Assembly (NCBI GenBank): GCA_965205425.1
Contig: CBDBGZ010000009.1
Coordinates: 960,001 to 1,024,000 of the forward strand
DNA from: Nitrosopumilus sp.
Lineage (GTDB): Archaea > Thermoproteota > Nitrososphaeria > Nitrososphaerales > Nitrosopumilaceae
DNA: 64,000 nucleotides
Reading direction: 5' to 3'
Shown here: one piece after another, positions 8,637 to 17,708 of the stretch
Position numbering within the stretch: the stretch's first letter is position 1
Layout: each line of letters starts with the position of its first letter
Notes under the pieces: generated by a model
Databases searched by the model: none
What the model saw: only the letters and a program-made list of their open reading frames with translations
What the model was told of the DNA's origin: nothing
Translations under genes and position numbers: made by a program

Positions 8637-9340
8637 TAAAAAGAAAAAAACTTGGACAACATTTTCTAAACTCTAAATCTATAGCCAAATCTATTGTTTC
8701 TGAGGCAAAAATCACAAAAAATGATGTTGTATTTGAAATTGGAATTGGCCAGGGAATTTTAACTCCTCTTTTATGCCAAAATGCTAAGAAAGTTATTTCC
8801 GTTGATTTTGATGAAACACTAGTCCAAAATGCAAAATCTAAATTTTTTGATATTGATAATTTAGTTTTAAAATCAGGTGATGGTTTTAAGAAAAAAGATA
8901 ATTTTACTATTTTTGTATCCAATCTTCCTTATTCTCGCAGTAAGGATGCAATTGAATGGCTAGCACAAACTTCTTTCTCTCATGGTGTAATCATGGTTCA
9001 AAAAGAATTTGCTGATAAATTACTTGCAAAATCCTCAAAACAAAGAAAAGCTGTTAGCATTATTGCAACTCATGCATTTGAAATTACTGTTATTTCTAAA
9101 GTGAGCAAAAATAATTTTTCCCCTCCCCCAAAAATTGATTCAGTGATTCTAAAAATCGTTAAAAAAAATGATCCAAAAAATAATCTTATTCAAACTGTCA
9201 ACAAAATATTCTCATATCGAAGGAAAACTGTAAAGAATATTTTAAAACAATTCAGTATAGAATCTATGGTGGATAAACGTGTTGATGATCTTTCTGGAGA
9301 TGAAATAATAGATCTTGCAAACAAAATACTTGAAAAATGA
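8633..9340 (+). CDS. rsmA: 16S rRNA adenine dimethyltransferase (KsgA/RsmA)
   Basis: LGQHFL, EIGIGQG, SNLPY, MVQKE, FSPPPKIDS. Confidence 0.95.
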   Translation: MIKRKKLGQHFLNSKSIAKSIVSEAKITKNDVVFEIGIGQGILTPLLCQNAKKVISVDFDETLVQNAKSKFFDIDNLVLKSGDGFKKKDNFTIFVSNLPYSRSKDAIEWLAQTSFSHGVIMVQKEFADKLLAKSSKQRKAVSIIATHAFEITVISKVSKNNFSPPPKIDSVILKIVKKNDPKNNLIQTVNKIFSYRRKTVKNILKQFSIESMVDKRVDDLSGDEIIDLANKILEK

Positions 9341-9848
9341 TGAGTATCCTCCTTCTGAGGATACTTTTTTTATAGTGGATAATATTGAGAATGAAACAGG
9401 AAATTTTGCTTTAGATGTTGGAAGTGGTTCTGGATATCTAACAAAATTACTATCAAAGAATTTTTCATTTGTTGTTGGTACTGATATCAATTTTGATGTA
9501 TTGAAAAACCAAACTTACAAAACAGAAAATCTAGTTTGTTGTAACGGCTCTGATGCTTTAAAAATAAAATTTGATTTCATTGTGTGTAATTTACCTTATC
9601 TTGCAACCACTGAAATTCTAGATATTGCAACTGATGGTGGTAAAGATGGATTTGAGATTCCTAAAAAAATATTTGATTCTGTAATTGAAAATATGACTGA
9701 GAATGGAAAATTTATTTTTGTTACATCTTCATTATCAAACTATCCAAAATTGATTGAATATGCTCAAAAATTAGGCTTGGAAACTAGAATTATGGCAAAA
9801 AAGAAATTATTTTTTGAGGAATTAATTCTTGTAGAAACTACTAGGTGA
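9315..9848 (+). CDS. HemK/PrmC-related methyltransferase
   Basis: YPPSEDT, DVGSGSG, NLPY, DGGKDG. Confidence 0.88.
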   Translation: MQTKYLKNDEYPPSEDTFFIVDNIENETGNFALDVGSGSGYLTKLLSKNFSFVVGTDINFDVLKNQTYKTENLVCCNGSDALKIKFDFIVCNLPYLATTEILDIATDGGKDGFEIPKKIFDSVIENMTENGKFIFVTSSLSNYPKLIEYAQKLGLETRIMAKKKLFFEELILVETTR

Positions 9849-10880
9849 TTATTTTCTTAAATTTTCTTTTGCATATGTGATAATTGCATCAGTCATTTGT
9901 GTAGTAGATGCATCGCCACCAATATCCCATGTTACTGCTTTTCCTTCATTGATTACTTGCTCAGTTGCAACAAAGATTGCATCTCTAACTTCACGTTCAC
10001 CCATATAATCTGCCATCCAAGCTCCTGATAGGACAGTTGCAGTTGGGTTAACTTTATTTTGTCCTGCAAATTGTGGAGCACTTCCATGTGCTGCTTCAAA
10101 CATTGCATAATTATCTCCAATATTGGCAGAATAGATCAATCCAATTGAACCTACAAGAGCTGATGCCAGTTCAGAAATAATATCCATAAATAAATTGGTA
10201 CTAACTAATACAGAACCATCAAACTGTTCAGTTGCAATAACCATTTGTTGAGCCATGTTGTCTATGTAAATTTCAGATAATTCAATTCCAGTACCTTCAA
10301 CTGCTTTTTGTGTTTCATCCCAAAATATTCCATCCGTTTGTTTTAGGATGTTTCTTTTTGTAATTGCAACCATTTTTTTCATATTGAATTTGTTTGCCCA
10401 GTCTACTGCAGAATCAACTAACCTTCTACTTCCTTGTCTAGTAATCTTTCTAATTGCTATTGCAGCATCATCTGTAATTTTTGTCTCTACCCCTGTATAG
10501 AGTCCTTCAGTTGCTTCTCTGAAACATACACAATCAAGTTTTCTATTTGGTGTTAATCTATCATAAGTTTTAGTTGGTCTGATATTTGCATAAAGATCAA
10601 ATTTTTGTCTTAATGTAACTGCTACACTTCTAGGTGCACCTGGAACTGGAATTGTGGTTGTTGGTCCCTTAAAACAACAGTCTGCCTCTTCTAAAGTTTT
10701 CATCGTTGAATCAGGAATGTATGATGTATCTTTTCTACCATTTTTGTCCCATTGCTCTGAGCCTGCTTCACAAAGAATTAACTCTGATTGAAAGTTACAT
10801 TCCTTTAGAACTCTTAACATTGAATCTACAACTTCTGGTCCAATACCATCTCCTTTCATCACAGCAGCTTTTTTACTCAA
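9849..10880 (-). CDS. Isocitrate/isopropylmalate/homoisocitrate dehydrogenase family protein
   Basis: [24 protein letters not shown]. Confidence 0.93.
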   Translation of the reverse strand: MSKKAAVMKGDGIGPEVVDSMLRVLKECNFQSELILCEAGSEQWDKNGRKDTSYIPDSTMKTLEEADCCFKGPTTTIPVPGAPRSVAVTLRQKFDLYANIRPTKTYDRLTPNRKLDCVCFREATEGLYTGVETKITDDAAIAIRKITRQGSRRLVDSAVDWANKFNMKKMVAITKRNILKQTDGIFWDETQKAVEGTGIELSEIYIDNMAQQMVIATEQFDGSVLVSTNLFMDIISELASALVGSIGLIYSANIGDNYAMFEAAHGSAPQFAGQNKVNPTATVLSGAWMADYMGEREVRDAIFVATEQVINEGKAVTWDIGGDASTTQMTDAIITYAKENLRK

Positions 10881-10991
10881 AACTGCAAGATTTTGAGGCG
10901 ATTATTATTTAATTCTACCTTGAATTTGAAATGATTTCTACATATTTTCTATAGAGATGATTTAATACCTAATTTAACAAATAATATTCAA

Positions 10992-11738
10992 ATGCAGATA
11001 GTTCAAATCTCTGATCTACATGTCGGTTCTCAATTTTTACAAGAGAAATTTGATGTCTTAGTTGATGAAGTAAATGAACTAAACCCTGATGTTATCATAA
11101 TTACTGGTGATTTAACCAATGAAGGATTAATGAAAGAATATGAAAAATGTAAATATCTTTTAGAAAAATTCAATACAAAAAAAATTATTACTATTAGTGG
11201 AAATCATGATTATAGAAACACTGGTTATCTTTTATTCAAAAAATTCTTTCCATTTGAAACTGTAAATGAATTAGGTGATGATGTCGTTTTAGTTACTGTT
11301 GGAACTGCAAGGCCTGATAGAAATGAAGGTGAAGTAGGATATAGACAAAACTTGTGGTTGGAGAGAACTATGAAAAAATATCCTGATAGAGTAAAAATTG
11401 TAGCAATGCATCATCATTTAATTGCAATTCCTGATACCGGCTCTGATCAACTCACTGTTGTTGATGCAGGTGACGTACTTCGAACTATTTTAGATTCTAA
11501 TGTTGATGTAGTACTATGTGGGCATAAACATAGACCGTGGGCTTGGAATTTTAGATCACTAACTGTAGTTAATGCTGGAACTGCTACATCTGAACGAGTC
11601 CGTGGATTCTTTGATAATACTTACAATATCCTTACTATTTCTAACAAAAAAGTGCATGTAGATCTAAAAATTGTTGGTGGAAAAAGACTACCTATTGATG
11701 AAATTGTGAATAATTACAGCCAATTCAATAACGAATGA
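10992..11738 (+). CDS. Metallophosphoesterase (calcineurin-like)
   Basis: SDLH, TGDL, GNHD, GHKH. Confidence 0.93.
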   Translation: MQIVQISDLHVGSQFLQEKFDVLVDEVNELNPDVIIITGDLTNEGLMKEYEKCKYLLEKFNTKKIITISGNHDYRNTGYLLFKKFFPFETVNELGDDVVLVTVGTARPDRNEGEVGYRQNLWLERTMKKYPDRVKIVAMHHHLIAIPDTGSDQLTVVDAGDVLRTILDSNVDVVLCGHKHRPWAWNFRSLTVVNAGTATSERVRGFFDNTYNILTISNKKVHVDLKIVGGKRLPIDEIVNNYSQFNNE

Positions 11739-11770
11739 ATTTATTTACAGATTCATTTTAGGCATATCAT

Positions 11771-11857
11771 GCGGGGGTCGCCTAGCCTGGTAGGGCGTGA
11801 GATTGCTAATTTCATGTTCGCAAGAACTCGTGGGTTCGAATCCCTCTCCCCGCGCCA
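11771..11857 (+). tRNA. tRNA-Ser(GCT)
   Basis: Cloverleaf with anticodon loop TTGCTAA, long variable arm, GGTTCGAATCC, encoded G-CCA end. Confidence 0.96.
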
Positions 11858-11892
11858 TTAAAACTTAATAGACCGATTCGAGAAGTTTTTGC

Positions 11893-12054
11893 ATGGGACG
11901 AAGAAAAACTCAAAAAATCATCCGTACTGGCCCAAAAAATGCCACAACTGGAATGTGTCCTCTTTGTAAAACAATTGGTAAAATTTTCATTCTTGGCTCA
12001 CCTGGAGAAGAGAGAGCAAAGTGTGAAAAATGTCGTCAAGAATTTGAATTATAG
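11893..12054 (+). CDS. Small basic zinc-ribbon protein, 53 aa (not in ORF track)
   Basis: MGRRKTQKIIR...CPLC...CEKC; TATA-like CTTAATA about 25 bp upstream. Confidence 0.8.
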   Translation: MGRRKTQKIIRTGPKNATTGMCPLCKTIGKIFILGSPGEERAKCEKCRQEFEL

Positions 12055-12127
12055 TTCAAAAAGCTAACCTGACCATCAAAATATTTACCCATAACTTTTT
12101 AAGACAATTTTTTTCAAATAGATAATC

Positions 12128-12298
12128 ATGAGTTCAGAAGCTGAAACCATCTATGAGAGAGTTGCAAAACTTGAAGACGAAATTGCATTGCTCAGAAGTG
12201 AAGTTGATATTCTAAAACGAGCATTAAGAAATAAAATTGCTCGTCATGAAATCTCAATGATCAAAAAAGGCAGTGACGTAGATTCAATTATTGATTAA
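12128..12298 (+). CDS. Small coiled-coil protein, 56 aa (not in ORF track)
   Basis: MSSEAETIYERVAKLEDEIALLRSEVDILK heptads; TTTTTAA upstream. Confidence 0.75.
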   Translation: MSSEAETIYERVAKLEDEIALLRSEVDILKRALRNKIARHEISMIKKGSDVDSIID

Positions 12299-13113
12299 TT
12301 TTTTATCTTTATACTTCTAATCAATTCTAAAATAAAATCTACATCTTCCGCGTTTGGGTTTATTTCTAAATATTTATTCAAATATTTCAAAGCAATTTTA
12401 GAATTTTGTAATCTTTCTTCTAAGATCCCTTTATCTCTAATATCTTCAGGTGATTCAGGTTCAATTGCTAAAACCATGTTTACACAACGTAATGCTTTTT
12501 CATAAACAAATGATTGGACATAGGAATTTTTCAAATTACGTGTTAATCTAATTAGTATTTGTTCTGATTTCACTTCGTCTAGAAATTCTGGTTGAAATTC
12601 TAACTGTCCACCATAATTTGCATCCAGTATATCTTGAAGATCATCAACATCTAACAGGCGCCCATCATAAAATGGATCTAAAATCATTTCTTCATTATAT
12701 TTTACCAAAATATGGCTGGGAAATCCGACTATTTTTAGATCTAATCCGATGAATTTTGCAATTTCAGCATATAGTATTGAAATAGTAATTGGAAGACCGG
12801 TTTTTTTATCAATTACTTCATTTAGAAAATTATTTTTTGGATTATAGTAATCATCATCATCTCCACTAAAGCCTAAATTTTCAAAAAGATGTTCATTTAA
12901 CATTGAAATCAAATATGTTGGATTTTTGACGTCACTAATTGACTCTTTTAGAGATTTTCCGATTCGATTAATTTTCTTGATATAATCATCTACATCAAGT
13001 TCTGGATATTCCAAAATCTGAGCAAATTTTAAACATTTTTCAACCAAGTTGAAGTTTGGATTTTTTACAAATGAAAGCCATTCTGCAACTAATGGATCAA
13101 ATTTTTCTTCCAA
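12295..13113 (-). CDS. SirB1-like transglutaminase-fold/TPR protein
   Basis: GFSGDDDDYYNPKN, GLPITISILY, GFPSH, DPF, C-terminal TPR. Confidence 0.88.
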   Translation of the reverse strand: MEEKFDPLVAEWLSFVKNPNFNLVEKCLKFAQILEYPELDVDDYIKKINRIGKSLKESISDVKNPTYLISMLNEHLFENLGFSGDDDDYYNPKNNFLNEVIDKKTGLPITISILYAEIAKFIGLDLKIVGFPSHILVKYNEEMILDPFYDGRLLDVDDLQDILDANYGGQLEFQPEFLDEVKSEQILIRLTRNLKNSYVQSFVYEKALRCVNMVLAIEPESPEDIRDKGILEERLQNSKIALKYLNKYLEINPNAEDVDFILELIRSIKIKN

Positions 13114-13116
13114 TTA

Positions 13117-14340
13117 TCACAAACTCAGTTTATTGAGATATAGTTGTGGATCCTTGAGTTCCCTTGTGTTTGGTGGTATTTCTATCATTTTTTTGAAGGT
13201 ATCCTTGCCTAGCTTTTCATAGATTATTTTTGTAAAGTCCTTCCCCATACTCTTCCTAACTTGATATGATGAAAAATCAGTTCCCATAAAGGTTGTAAGA
13301 TAATTTTGAAAATCTGAATCATCTTTTAATATATTTTCAATTGCAAAAGCTGCCATTCCTTCCATTGCTGTAAATGCTGCATGATGTTGTTGTATTGGAA
13401 CTAACCATTTTTTGTAAATATCTAACAGTTGGGGAATTGATTCTCCTATCTTTGGATCTATTTCTACATGAGTAAATGTCATCACATCTGGCCCTATCTG
13501 CTCTATTAAGAAATGATCTGGATTCAAAAAGAAAAATAAATTAGCTTTTTTTGCAAAAGGAAAATCATCTGGTACAGCTTGTAATTGACAATATTCTGAT
13601 AACTTGTTAACTGTTTCAGTATCTAGCGATAAGATAATTTTTGCTAACTCTTCATTAATTCTATTAACTTCCATTGCAGCGTTTTTGTTTACTTGTTGAA
13701 GATTTTCTTGTATTGAGTGAATCAATTCTTCAAGCACTGTCATCTTTACGGCACCAAGATATCCTGAATTAACATTTTCAAATCTTGCTTCATACGGTTC
13801 TCCCTGTTTGTGGAGAATAATTTGAGGATATCTTGACAAAATGAATTTGTTTAAATAAATTATTGAATCAAGATAGTCTCCGTATGTTGTTGTAATTTTA
13901 GAAATATATTGAATTGCATATGTTGAATATACCAAATATTTTGCTGTATCTTGTTGCATCAATTCTGCGATCTTTTTCAAATCTTCTTTTGCAACTGCAT
14001 TGAATAATTCTGTAACAAACTCTTTTGATTCTTTATCTGCAAAAACTTTTTTTCCTTTCACTCTCTTTAATTCTTCTAATTCTGGAAAATTTAGTGTTAT
14101 GTTTTCTGGAACCTTGATTCCAAGAAATTCTTCTACTTTATTTTTAAAATCTGGCAATATTTCATTTGCAATTTCATCTAATTTCTTGAATTGTACCTTA
14201 TTTGCAATATCATCATTAGCTTTAACTGCCAAGCCTACAATTTCTCTTTCTTCATCAATTTCAACTGATAATTGTCCAAACAGAGCCTCTGCGAATTCTT
14301 GAAATTCTCCCAATTTGCATAAAATCCTAAAATACTCCAT
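13117..14340 (-). CDS. Conserved hypothetical protein, possibly zincin-like (start may be TTG 14313)
   Basis: Long ORF; EELIH and MEGMA resemble gluzincin-type motifs. Confidence 0.7.
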   Translation of the reverse strand: MEYFRILCKLGEFQEFAEALFGQLSVEIDEEREIVGLAVKANDDIANKVQFKKLDEIANEILPDFKNKVEEFLGIKVPENITLNFPELEELKRVKGKKVFADKESKEFVTELFNAVAKEDLKKIAELMQQDTAKYLVYSTYAIQYISKITTTYGDYLDSIIYLNKFILSRYPQIILHKQGEPYEARFENVNSGYLGAVKMTVLEELIHSIQENLQQVNKNAAMEVNRINEELAKIILSLDTETVNKLSEYCQLQAVPDDFPFAKKANLFFFLNPDHFLIEQIGPDVMTFTHVEIDPKIGESIPQLLDIYKKWLVPIQQHHAAFTAMEGMAAFAIENILKDDSDFQNYLTTFMGTDFSSYQVRKSMGKDFTKIIYEKLGKDTFKKMIEIPPNTRELKDPQLYLNKLSL

Positions 14341-14409
14341 TTAAGATTATCTTGGTTTTTCTTAACAAAGAAATTATTAATTCTAAAATCATTGTTTTGG
14401 TATCCTGAA

Positions 14410-15282
14410 ATGTTAGAATCCAGTCTTGAATTTTTAAAATGTGTAAATTGTAGTTCAAAATTAGAATTAAACACTTTCAAACATACTAAAGAAATTGTAG
14501 AAGGAATTTTAATATGTAAAAAATGTCAAAAACAATTCCCAATTATAGACAAAATTCCTATTTTGTGGAATGATTTCTCACTGTATCTCTCATCTCGTAA
14601 AAAGTTGGGTGGTGAACTTTACCAATTAATTGAGAATCAAAATTTGAAGAAATTTTGTAAAACTGCATTATTAAAAATTAATCAAACTATTGATGATAGA
14701 ACTGCCCTTGAAGAACGTTGGGCAATTATCTATCAAAATAGTAAATCTTCAAAATTTTATTCTGAAATAAAAAAAAATCTTTGTATGTTAAAAAAAACAA
14801 ATCTTGTTTTAGAATATGGTTGTTCAATTGGATTATTGACATCATTTTTGGCCAAATCTAATCAAATGGTTTTTGGAATAGACCGTTCATTCACTGCTTT
14901 AAGACATGCTAAAAAATCTTATAAAAACAACCTTGATTATGTTGTAGCTGATTTTCTATCCCCTGTATTTGGGAAATCTAAATTTGATATTGTTTTAGCT
15001 CTCAATGTATTGGAATTGGTGGAACCTATGAAGTTCTTAAATCATATTTCAAAACAAATTACTAAGGGCCATTTTATTATCAGTGACCCTTATGATTTTG
15101 ATCGTGGTGTTAATTCTGTTAAAAACACTCTTGATGAAATATCATTACGTGAGAATTTAAAAAATTTAGAATTTAAAATCACCCCAAAAACAAAAATCCC
15201 ATCCCACATTCCTTGGATTTTAAAATTAAATCCTCGTGCCAAGTTGAACTATGGCGTAGATTTGGTAATTGCTGAAAAATAA
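14410..15282 (+). CDS. SAM-dependent methyltransferase with Trm112-like Zn domain
   Basis: LKCVNC...CKKC..FPIIDKIP; LEYGCSIG. Confidence 0.85.
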   Translation: MLESSLEFLKCVNCSSKLELNTFKHTKEIVEGILICKKCQKQFPIIDKIPILWNDFSLYLSSRKKLGGELYQLIENQNLKKFCKTALLKINQTIDDRTALEERWAIIYQNSKSSKFYSEIKKNLCMLKKTNLVLEYGCSIGLLTSFLAKSNQMVFGIDRSFTALRHAKKSYKNNLDYVVADFLSPVFGKSKFDIVLALNVLELVEPMKFLNHISKQITKGHFIISDPYDFDRGVNSVKNTLDEISLRENLKNLEFKITPKTKIPSHIPWILKLNPRAKLNYGVDLVIAEK

Positions 15283-15302
15283 AAAATAATATTCAAATTT
15301 CT

Positions 15303-15428
15303 TTACATTTCTACTCTGGTATTCTTTGATTGTTCCTTTAATTTCTTAAACCATGACTGGGTTTTTTCATTAATTTCAGACATTAATTCATCCATTTCTT
15401 TTTGATAAAGTTCATTTGAATCAGTCAT
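15303..15428 (-). CDS. Small hypothetical protein, 41 aa (not in ORF track)
   Basis: MTDSNELYQKEMDELMSEINEK...; fills intergenic gap. Confidence 0.55.
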   Translation of the reverse strand: MTDSNELYQKEMDELMSEINEKTQSWFKKLKEQSKNTRVEM

Positions 15429-15496
15429 GTGTGAAGAAATTGATTTTTAGTTAATAAACAGGTGTATGAAAAATTAAATCCAGTCTTTTTATATTC

Positions 15497-15709
15497 TTAC
15501 TTGGACTTTACCATTTGATTACAACTTCCGCAGCCATTTTTCCTTGTACCAAACCAGATCAATGCTGATGGCATTAGTGCATAAAGAACCATGGCGTTTG
15601 GAAATCCCAACAATGCATCATTTCCTGTAATGTATCCTGATACTAACACTGAAAACATTCCAAGTGCAATAATCACTGAAATTTTATTTAATTTGTCTTT
15701 TCCATTCAT
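15497..15709 (-). CDS. Small two-TM membrane protein with C-terminal CGSC
   Basis: Two hydrophobic segments. Confidence 0.7.
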   Translation of the reverse strand: MNGKDKLNKISVIIALGMFSVLVSGYITGNDALLGFPNAMVLYALMPSALIWFGTRKNGCGSCNQMVKSK

Positions 15710-15761
15710 ATAATTTCATCCGTAATTCATATTGAATCAAATTTCTAAATGAACTCAATTT

Positions 15762-15911
15762 TTATCCACACGAATTACACTCAAATTTCTTTTTAGATTG
15801 ATGAGCTTTTTCCATATGACGTAATGTTCTTTGTGAATCAGAAAATTCCATGTTGCATTTTGGACAAATATTACCAACAATGATTTCTTTTTTACGTGAA
15901 AGCAAACCCAT
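15762..15911 (-). CDS. C2H2 zinc-finger microprotein, 49 aa (not in ORF track)
   Basis: CPKC..F.....L.HMEKAH followed by FECNSCG. Confidence 0.8.
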   Translation of the reverse strand: MGLLSRKKEIIVGNICPKCNMEFSDSQRTLRHMEKAHQSKKKFECNSCG

Positions 15912-15952
15912 ATTTTTTCTCGAATTATTTAGACATAAAATTCTTTTATTAA

Positions 15953-16255
15953 TTATTTTTCTCTATTTTTGGTATTATCTCTAATGGCATCATACATTGC
16001 AAGGAACTGTTCAGGCTCATTTTGTCTATAGTTTTTTTCAAGTCTTTGCATTTCTTGATGAGTTAATTGCTCTCCTTTATTTTCATGATATTCTTTAATT
16101 ATTTCTAAAGGTGTTTTCTTGATATCATATTTTTGAAGTGTTTGATTAACCGATCTTTTAGCAAGGATATCTCGGAGCAAAAATTTATGGACTAGATATG
16201 AAGATAATCCGATAATTACAACAATTAGAATTGGTATTATGATGATTGATGCCAA
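15953..16255 (-). CDS. Single-TM hypothetical protein
   Basis: N-terminal hydrophobic helix; 3 bp downstream of the SPFH gene. Confidence 0.75.
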   Translation of the reverse strand: MASIIIIPILIVVIIGLSSYLVHKFLLRDILAKRSVNQTLQKYDIKKTPLEIIKEYHENKGEQLTHQEMQRLEKNYRQNEPEQFLAMYDAIRDNTKNREK

Positions 16256-16258
16256 TGT

Positions 16259-17122
16259 CTATGGTTTAACTGGAATTTGTATAAATGGAGTTCCACCTTC
16301 ACCAACTACTAGTGGTAATTTACCATCCCATGCTTGTGTTTTAAGCCATTCCAAGTAATTTGGATTTTCTGCTAGGGCTTTGTTGATAATAGCAATTGCT
16401 TCAGCTTCACCTTTAGCTTCTGCAATGTTTGCATTTGCAATACCTTCTGCTGTAGCTTCATGTTGCTGAGCCTCTACTTGTATTCTTCTCAAGTCATTTT
16501 CTGCTCTTAATGCATTTTGTTCTGCTTCTACTTTAGATTCAATTGCTTTGTTGAATAATACAGAAAATTCAAAATCTGTAATAGAGATTACTTCTGTTAC
16601 AATATCAAATTGATTTAGTCTGTCTCTAATTGCACTTTCAATGTCTGATTTTACTAGAGGTCTTTTTGTGATTAATTCCTCAGCATTGTAATTTGCAGTT
16701 ACTTGTTTTACTGTTTCCTCAATTGCTGGTTGAATAACTCTATTTTCATAATCTAGCCCAATATCTTTGAATAATACGTGAACTCGTTCTTTATCTGGAT
16801 GATAGTTTACAGTAACTGTTGTCTCTACTGATTGAAGGTCTTTTGATGCACTTCTAGTATCTTTATCATACTTCAAAGTACGAACTTCCATTTGTACGAT
16901 ATCATCTTGGAAAGGAACTAGAAAATGTATTCCCTCATCTAATGGAGGTGCAGTAAGATCAACTGCATTCCAATGTAATAGCACTCCTCTGTTACCTGCA
17001 TCTACTATTTTGACTGAGGCTGACACCACAACACCGATTACAATTAAAAGAAGAATTGCAACTAGAATAGCCTTCATTGGACCCATGTTTACATTTACTT
17101 TAGGAGACTGATACTTTGACAA
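16259..17122 (-). CDS. SPFH/prohibitin family protein
   Basis: TM helix, EGIHF..P, SKDLQ, AIESKV.AEQ, WDGKLP. Confidence 0.95.
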   Translation of the reverse strand: MSKYQSPKVNVNMGPMKAILVAILLLIVIGVVVSASVKIVDAGNRGVLLHWNAVDLTAPPLDEGIHFLVPFQDDIVQMEVRTLKYDKDTRSASKDLQSVETTVTVNYHPDKERVHVLFKDIGLDYENRVIQPAIEETVKQVTANYNAEELITKRPLVKSDIESAIRDRLNQFDIVTEVISITDFEFSVLFNKAIESKVEAEQNALRAENDLRRIQVEAQQHEATAEGIANANIAEAKGEAEAIAIINKALAENPNYLEWLKTQAWDGKLPLVVGEGGTPFIQIPVKP

Positions 17123-17225
17123 TATTTCTAGTACCTATCTTCTATTATTATACCAATCTGATGAGAATTAGTCTGTACTAAGTTTCCCCTTAACAAATTT
17201 ATGCCATTCATACGTAAAATAACTA

Positions 17226-17654
17226 ATGGCAGATCCTAATTTTTCATGGATTTATATCATTATTTTCTTGGCAATCCCCCTAGCAAGAATAATTCCACGT
17301 CTTTTAGCAAAAAGGGGTATAGGAAAAAATTTCATTCAACCACAACGAGAAAAACAATTTGAACCTAGTTTTGTTAAACCTGCTCAAGAACATCCATCAG
17401 AATCTTTTGATCCTCAAATAGATCATTCCAAGCCTCAAACAAAAAATAATCTTGTTTTAGGTGCTCTAAACAGAGGTTCAAAAACATTTGAAAATATTCA
17501 AAAAAATACTGGGCTTGATAATGAAGAACTAGATACAATTCTTGAAGACTTGGAAAAAAATGGATTAATGAAAGTGGTTCAAAAACAAGGAATGTTTGGA
17601 CCAAAAACTGAGATACATCCAACTGATAAAGGATTTAAAGAATATTATTCTTGA
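17226..17654 (+). CDS. Membrane-anchored protein with C-terminal winged helix
   Basis: N-terminal TM; LEDLEKNGLM...TDKG wHTH pattern. Confidence 0.75.
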   Translation: MADPNFSWIYIIIFLAIPLARIIPRLLAKRGIGKNFIQPQREKQFEPSFVKPAQEHPSESFDPQIDHSKPQTKNNLVLGALNRGSKTFENIQKNTGLDNEELDTILEDLEKNGLMKVVQKQGMFGPKTEIHPTDKGFKEYYS

Positions 17655-17708
17655 ACCTAGATTTTATAAAAATAAATTTAATTACGTATACTTTATGAAT
17701 ATCTTCTT

